A stretch of DNA of 64,000 nucleotides from Acidimicrobiaceae bacterium (GTDB lineage: Bacteria > Actinomycetota > Acidimicrobiia > Actinomarinales > Actinomarinaceae): assembly GCA_028404505.1 (NCBI GenBank), contig JAOOBM010000003.1:86759-150758 (forward strand), read 5' to 3'. This document shows, in pieces, positions 59,816 to 64,000 of the stretch. A model generated the notes under the pieces. That model had not been told where the DNA came from. It was given only the letters and a program-made list of their open reading frames with translations, and made no database searches. The translations under genes and the position numbers were made by a program. Within the stretch, counting starts at the first letter, position 1, and each line of letters opens with the position of its first letter.

Positions 59816-60613
59816 CTATCTTAAAATTTGATTTAAAAATAAATCTAACTTTGGATCATTATCTGTGCCAAGTATGTTTATAGATTTATCTGATAAGCCA
59901 TAAACATACTTCAGATTCTGATCATTTTTTTCTTGAACTTCAACAACACCATCAAAATGAATGGCATAATTTTGATTCTTATTTATTGATACTTCAATCA
60001 AACTATTTTTATCTATGACTATAGATCTTGGAAATTTTGAAAATGGAGAGATTGGTGTGATAGATATAACATCTAGATTATTTTGAATAATTGGACCACC
60101 AGCAGAGTAATTGTATGCAGTAGAGCCAAGTGAAGTTGATAGAATAAGCCCGTCAGCACGTAATTTTACTTTTTGTTCATACATTGATAATTCAAGATCA
60201 AGAATCCTGGTTGGAGAATTTTTAATAATAACTACTTCATTGAAAGCAGGGAGGCTAAGGTCATTATTTTGAATTATTGCTTTTCTTTTAACAACATCGT
60301 AATCCTCATTTTTCCAAGACTTAAGAATATTTCCAAGATTTTCAGAAGATGAAACTAAATAACCTAATCTTCCAGGACCAATCGTGATTAAAGAAGTATT
60401 TTTTTCCCATGCAACACTCATTGCTTTTAGAGCTGTACCATCACCACCAATGCTTATAATTAAGTCGGGGTCAATCTTATTTAATTCATTTGAATCTGAT
60501 TCGACGTCAAATACATCGTATTTTAAATTATTTTTCTCTACAGTTTTAAAAATGTCGTCAGATATTTTTTTTGATAGATACTTTTTAGATGAAATTATTA
60601 ATAAATTCTTCAC
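59816..60613 (-). CDS. nadK: NAD kinase
   Basis: 265 aa with GGDGT, NEVVI and DGLILSTSLGSTAYNYSAGGPI motifs. Confidence 0.9.
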   Translation of the reverse strand: MKNLLIISSKKYLSKKISDDIFKTVEKNNLKYDVFDVESDSNELNKIDPDLIISIGGDGTALKAMSVAWEKNTSLITIGPGRLGYLVSSSENLGNILKSWKNEDYDVVKRKAIIQNNDLSLPAFNEVVIIKNSPTRILDLELSMYEQKVKLRADGLILSTSLGSTAYNYSAGGPIIQNNLDVISITPISPFSKFPRSIVIDKNSLIEVSINKNQNYAIHFDGVVEVQEKNDQNLKYVYGLSDKSINILGTDNDPKLDLFLNQILR

Positions 60614-60649
60614 TAGGATATATTATACGTATCTTCTTAGGAGTACAAA

Positions 60650-61357
60650 GTGATACCAATTTCAGATATTAATCCAGCAAAAAGTAATCCAATTATTTCA
60701 AGAATTTTTATTATTGCATCAATAATTGTTTACGTACTTATCCAACCAAAAAATCCTAGTGAGCTTTTTAATTTTTTTTATGAATTTGCTGCGATACCCT
60801 GTGAGATATTTAACAATAAACCGTTGTCAATAGATCAGTACTATAACAATGATTGTTCTGCTCTAACTAGTAATATTGTTTTCGAAAATAAAAATATTTT
60901 TTTAAGCCTAGTTCTATCCAATATTTTCCACGCAAACTTTTTACACATATTAGGAAACCTTTGGAGTTTTTGGATATTTGGAAACAATATAGAGGATGTT
61001 TTAGGAAAAACTAAATTTATTTTATTTCTTTTTATGACTGGATTGTTCAGTATGTTTGCTCACGTTTTTTTAAATTTTAATGATATTAATCCAATTGTTG
61101 GAGCATCAGGTATTGTATCGGCATTAATGGGTGCTTATGTGTATTTATTTCCAAATGCACAACTACTTGTTCTTGTTCCTTTTGGTTTTTTATTTCCAAC
61201 AACAATAAGAGCAAAATTCTTTATGATTTTTTGGTTTTTTTCTCAAATTGTCATAGCTTTACAAAATAATAATATTTCATGGGAAGCTCATATTGGAGGA
61301 TTTTTAATTGGATATTTAGTTCTTAGAATTTTCAATTATAGAAGATACACTCTGTGA
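60650..61357 (+). CDS. rhomboid-family intramembrane serine protease
   Basis: 235 aa, with a GTG start preceded by AGGAG. It has HANFLHILGN, the catalytic GASG and a downstream H..GF motif, with about 6 TM helices. Confidence 0.8.
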   Translation: MIPISDINPAKSNPIISRIFIIASIIVYVLIQPKNPSELFNFFYEFAAIPCEIFNNKPLSIDQYYNNDCSALTSNIVFENKNIFLSLVLSNIFHANFLHILGNLWSFWIFGNNIEDVLGKTKFILFLFMTGLFSMFAHVFLNFNDINPIVGASGIVSALMGAYVYLFPNAQLLVLVPFGFLFPTTIRAKFFMIFWFFSQIVIALQNNNISWEAHIGGFLIGYLVLRIFNYRRYTL

Positions 61358-62077
61358 AAAAGTATCGAACTTAAAATCTGCCATATCTTCATCCAAATAG
61401 TTTTTTATTGAAGAGTCAACAAGATAAGATTTTGCATCAATCTCTTTAGCAAGTAATACATCCGTATCAACCCTGTCTCCAATAACAGCATAAATCTTAG
61501 GGAATTGACTCAACAAATACTCTGAATAAAAGGAATCTGGTTTTCCAAAAGAATTAATATTTGATCCAACTAAGTTTTCAATATCCCGTACTATCGCACC
61601 ATTACCATCTTTAAATTCATGATCGTTAATTGGAAAGGTAAGGTCTCTATTCATAGCAATAACATCAACGCCTTTATGAAAAGCATCAGCAATGCTTTCG
61701 ACATCATATCGGGAAAATGAATCTGTTCTTCCAATGAGGATAATTTCTGATTTATCAATTGGAAAGAGTTCATCTGTAATCGTCTTTACATATTTTTGTA
61801 AATTGTATGAACCATGAACATAAATTTTTTTATCTAAATTCTTTAGATAATCTCTTAAAATTACTAAAGGGCTGACAATATCATTAAGATTTATTTCATC
61901 AGAAAGCATATTTTCTAATTTATTTTTTATTTGATAAGGAGTCTCTGAACTGTTATTTGTTATGAAAATAAATTTAAAGTTATTATTTTTAGCTTCCTGA
62001 ATAGAATCTTTAACTCCAGAAATAATCTTTGATTGAAGATAAATAGTCCCATCAAGGTCTGTAGCGATTATTTTCAC
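61316..62077 (-). CDS. HAD-IIA family hydrolase (NagD-like phosphatase)
   Basis: 253 aa with DLDGTIY, ITNNS and GD....D motifs. It overlaps the 3' end of the convergent rhomboid gene by 42 nt. Confidence 0.8.
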   Translation of the reverse strand: MKIIATDLDGTIYLQSKIISGVKDSIQEAKNNNFKFIFITNNSSETPYQIKNKLENMLSDEINLNDIVSPLVILRDYLKNLDKKIYVHGSYNLQKYVKTITDELFPIDKSEIILIGRTDSFSRYDVESIADAFHKGVDVIAMNRDLTFPINDHEFKDGNGAIVRDIENLVGSNINSFGKPDSFYSEYLLSQFPKIYAVIGDRVDTDVLLAKEIDAKSYLVDSSIKNYLDEDMADFKFDTFSQSVSSIIENSKN

Positions 62078-62516
62078 GTTTCTTTTCCATTATTAAAACT
62101 TTCGCTGTAATTGCATTACTTTCATAAAAATTTTTTGCTTGTCTATCACTTGGTAAGGCAAATGATCTAACTTCCAAATTTTTCATATTTGCATTATCAG
62201 CAATGTATTCAAAAAGTTTTGTACCTAAACCAAGTTCTCTAAAATTGTCTTTAATAAACAATTCATACACATTCCAATAGAAATCAGCCTCTATGATTCT
62301 TGCATAGCCAACAATATCTGAATTACCCTTTTGTAAAGTTTTTAAAACAAAATAGTACGAATCAAAGTTTTCTGATATTTTTTGATAATAATCAAACAAA
62401 ACACTATCAATATTTTGAATTTCTTTGTTAAATAAATTTTGAAGTGCAACTGGTGAGTATTCTTGTTGCTCTATTTCAAAATCTATTCCAAAATCTTCAA
62501 ATTTTTTTTCATGCAC
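62052..62516 (-). CDS. GNAT-family N-acetyltransferase
   Basis: 154 aa with an acetyl-CoA binding motif region (IKDNFRELGLGTKLFEYI). Confidence 0.65.
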   Translation of the reverse strand: MHEKKFEDFGIDFEIEQQEYSPVALQNLFNKEIQNIDSVLFDYYQKISENFDSYYFVLKTLQKGNSDIVGYARIIEADFYWNVYELFIKDNFRELGLGTKLFEYIADNANMKNLEVRSFALPSDRQAKNFYESNAITAKVLIMEKKRENNRYRP

Positions 62517-62865
62517 AGTCGTGACAAACCTTTGCCCGTGGTTTAGCTAACTGTGTATTTTTAAGTACCAAAAAACAAATAGAACATGTAAATTCATCTT
62601 CTTGAATATCTTCTACAGTTTCGTCTAATTTGAGATCTGAGCTTTTAACATTCCTTTTTTCCGCAGCATCAACAGACATGAATGATCCTTCTGCTTCATC
62701 ACTGTCATCAACAGCCTTTTTTTTCTCTGTTTCTACCCTAGCTTCTAAAGACTCTGTTTCTACTTCTTCTTTCTCTTCTTCTTGAGGAGCTTCAGATTCA
62801 TCTAAATCTTCCTCAAGGTCTTCCATCGTAGGTTCTTCTATCTCTTCGATCTCTTTTTCTGCCAT
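62509..62865 (-). CDS. DUF4193-family protein (acidic N-terminus, C-terminal zinc-ribbon-like CxxC...CxxC)
   Basis: 118 aa. The C-terminal EDEFTCSICFLVLKNTQLA....VCHDCA matches the actinobacterial DUF4193 signature. Confidence 0.7.
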   Translation of the reverse strand: MAEKEIEEIEEPTMEDLEEDLDESEAPQEEEKEEVETESLEARVETEKKKAVDDSDEAEGSFMSVDAAEKRNVKSSDLKLDETVEDIQEDEFTCSICFLVLKNTQLAKPRAKVCHDCA

Positions 62866-62895
62866 AAATGTCCTTAAATTTCTGTAAGAATAATA

Positions 62896-63768
62896 CTAAA
62901 TTTTGAGAAGTATAGCTTGTTTTTTGACAATAATCTCAGCAGGACCATGATCAAAATAATCACCATCAACTTCAATGGGACTTCTAGATTTTAGAGAAAT
63001 TTTATTCATTCTTTTCAATATCACATCGGGATCCGTTAAATGTAGGCCTTTCTTTGCTAAAAAGAATAATTTCATAGCTTTAGCCTTTGTAACTTTAAAT
63101 ATTTGAGTATTTAACAATCCATCTTGCAAGCTTGATTTAGGAGAAATGTTCCAACCACCACCAAAGTATTGTCCATTACAAATTGAAATATTAAAGGCGA
63201 TATCTCTGAATTCATATGAATCGTTGCTGATTTCAAATATGTCACTCTTTGCTGGAAGCAATTTAACCCAAAAACTAATTGGATATCTAAATCTTTTAAA
63301 AACTCTCGGGAGTGCCTCGCTAGTTTTAACTGTGTCAGCTAAAAAACCAAAATTTAATACATTTACAAAATGCCTGGATTTATTTTCTGATTTTATGTAT
63401 GCAACATCTATTTTATAATCTTGGTTCGATTTAAGTCTTTTTACACCTTCATTGATAGTTTTTGGAAAAGCAAAAGTTCTCATAAAATCCGAACCACTAC
63501 CCGAAGGAAGGCATGCAACTTCAGGATTAGCTATATTGTTCTTTAAAAGTACGTCGATCAAATTACTAAGCGTTCCATCACCTCCAACAGCACAAAAAAT
63601 AACCTCATCGTCAATATATTTTTTAACAATTACTTCTACTTCTTTAGATTGCTTTGTTTGATAAATATCACAATTTAATTGATTTTTATCAAAAATCTTC
63701 TGCAAATCTAGAAGCGTTAGTTTTTTACCTCTGGATTTTTTATTATGGATTACTACTATTTTTTTCAC
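62896..63768 (-). CDS. diacylglycerol/lipid kinase family protein
   Basis: 290 aa with a GTG start, a GGDGT motif and the DAGK catalytic domain layout. Confidence 0.8.
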   Translation of the reverse strand: MKKIVVIHNKKSRGKKLTLLDLQKIFDKNQLNCDIYQTKQSKEVEVIVKKYIDDEVIFCAVGGDGTLSNLIDVLLKNNIANPEVACLPSGSGSDFMRTFAFPKTINEGVKRLKSNQDYKIDVAYIKSENKSRHFVNVLNFGFLADTVKTSEALPRVFKRFRYPISFWVKLLPAKSDIFEISNDSYEFRDIAFNISICNGQYFGGGWNISPKSSLQDGLLNTQIFKVTKAKAMKLFFLAKKGLHLTDPDVILKRMNKISLKSRSPIEVDGDYFDHGPAEIIVKKQAILLKI

Positions 63769-63998
63769 AACATCGATTTTTGAATAATATTATTTCTAAA
63801 TTTATCTGAAATAAAATCAAAATTTTCATTTCCATAAATTAATGAAACTTTCTGTGATATTTCTGCTGCTTCTCTTGATGCCTTTATAAAATCTCCTAAC
63901 GTAATATTAAATTTGGTAATTGTATATTCGATATTATTTGATTTTATGTATTCACTAAAAATACTAAACCATGAAACATCTAACTTAGTCTTATTTTT
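63765..63998 (-). CDS. C-terminal fragment of a larger protein, possibly a Ski2/HelY-type helicase (DSHCT-like tail); 5' end outside window
   Basis: The frame is open from the window edge to TGA at 63765-63767 (a GTGA overlap with the next gene). The translation is ..LDVSWFSIFSEYI...LGDFIKASREAAEISQKVSLIYGNENF..ISDKFRNNIIQKSML. It is absent from the ORF track because no start lies in the window. Confidence 0.4.
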   Translation of the reverse strand, partial: KNKTKLDVSWFSIFSEYIKSNNIEYTITKFNITLGDFIKASREAAEISQKVSLIYGNENFDFISDKFRNNIIQKSML

Positions 63999-64000
63999 TA

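Overview
This is an AT-rich, extremely gene-dense bacterial chromosome segment. It holds about 75 protein-coding genes and one complete 16S-23S-5S rRNA operon (about 30.9-35.8 kb). I saw no tRNA, CRISPR array, transposase, prophage or recognisable defence genes.

Gene content and order are strongly actinobacterial:
- yebC .. queA-tgt-yajC-secDF-rel-MBL-hisS-aspS-alaS-ruvX-mltG-efp-nusB
- mIHF-gmk-rpoZ-coaBC-priA-def-fmt-rpe-ribD/E/BA/H
- infC-rpmI-rplT-pheST-mpg-tyrS
- pgsA-FHA-MerR-BFN-MerR
- HAD-nadK-pyrG-xerD-scpAB-rluB-cmk-der, plus a DUF4193 protein

The 23S also carries extra sequence at the position of the Actinobacteria-specific domain III insertion. Together with the low G+C, this suggests a streamlined low-GC actinobacterium. 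My guess is a marine Acidimicrobiia / Ca. Actinomarinales-like lineage; that is inference and cannot be verified here.

Genes run on the + strand from 1 to about 41.7 kb and almost entirely on the - strand from about 41.7 kb to 64 kb. They converge at 41667-41699, about 1 kb from a dif-like 28-mer, so this may be a replication terminus.

Overall this is core housekeeping DNA, and I do not see a discrete novel multi-gene system. The observations most worth a second look are:
- a small Hjc/VRR-NUC-like PD-(D/E)XK nuclease in the slot normally held by ruvCAB
- a short PriA-like protein lacking helicase and zinc motifs
- recN and parA missing from their syntenic slots
- a DD-carboxypeptidase whose signal peptide is only encoded if translation starts at ATT
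- a TyrRS with a degenerate HIGH motif
- extreme compaction: a 24-kb co-directional array with 21 of 26 junctions overlapping, three convergent 3' overlaps and divergent gaps of 19-36 bp
- a well-resolved rRNA leader/spacer architecture (duplicated boxA-like 13-mer and long processing stems)
- a compositionally atypical, probably very highly expressed peptide ABC substrate-binding protein flanked by regulatory hairpins
- a tandem pair of unknown 4-TM paralogues

All coordinates for RNA ends and regulatory sites are by-eye estimates.
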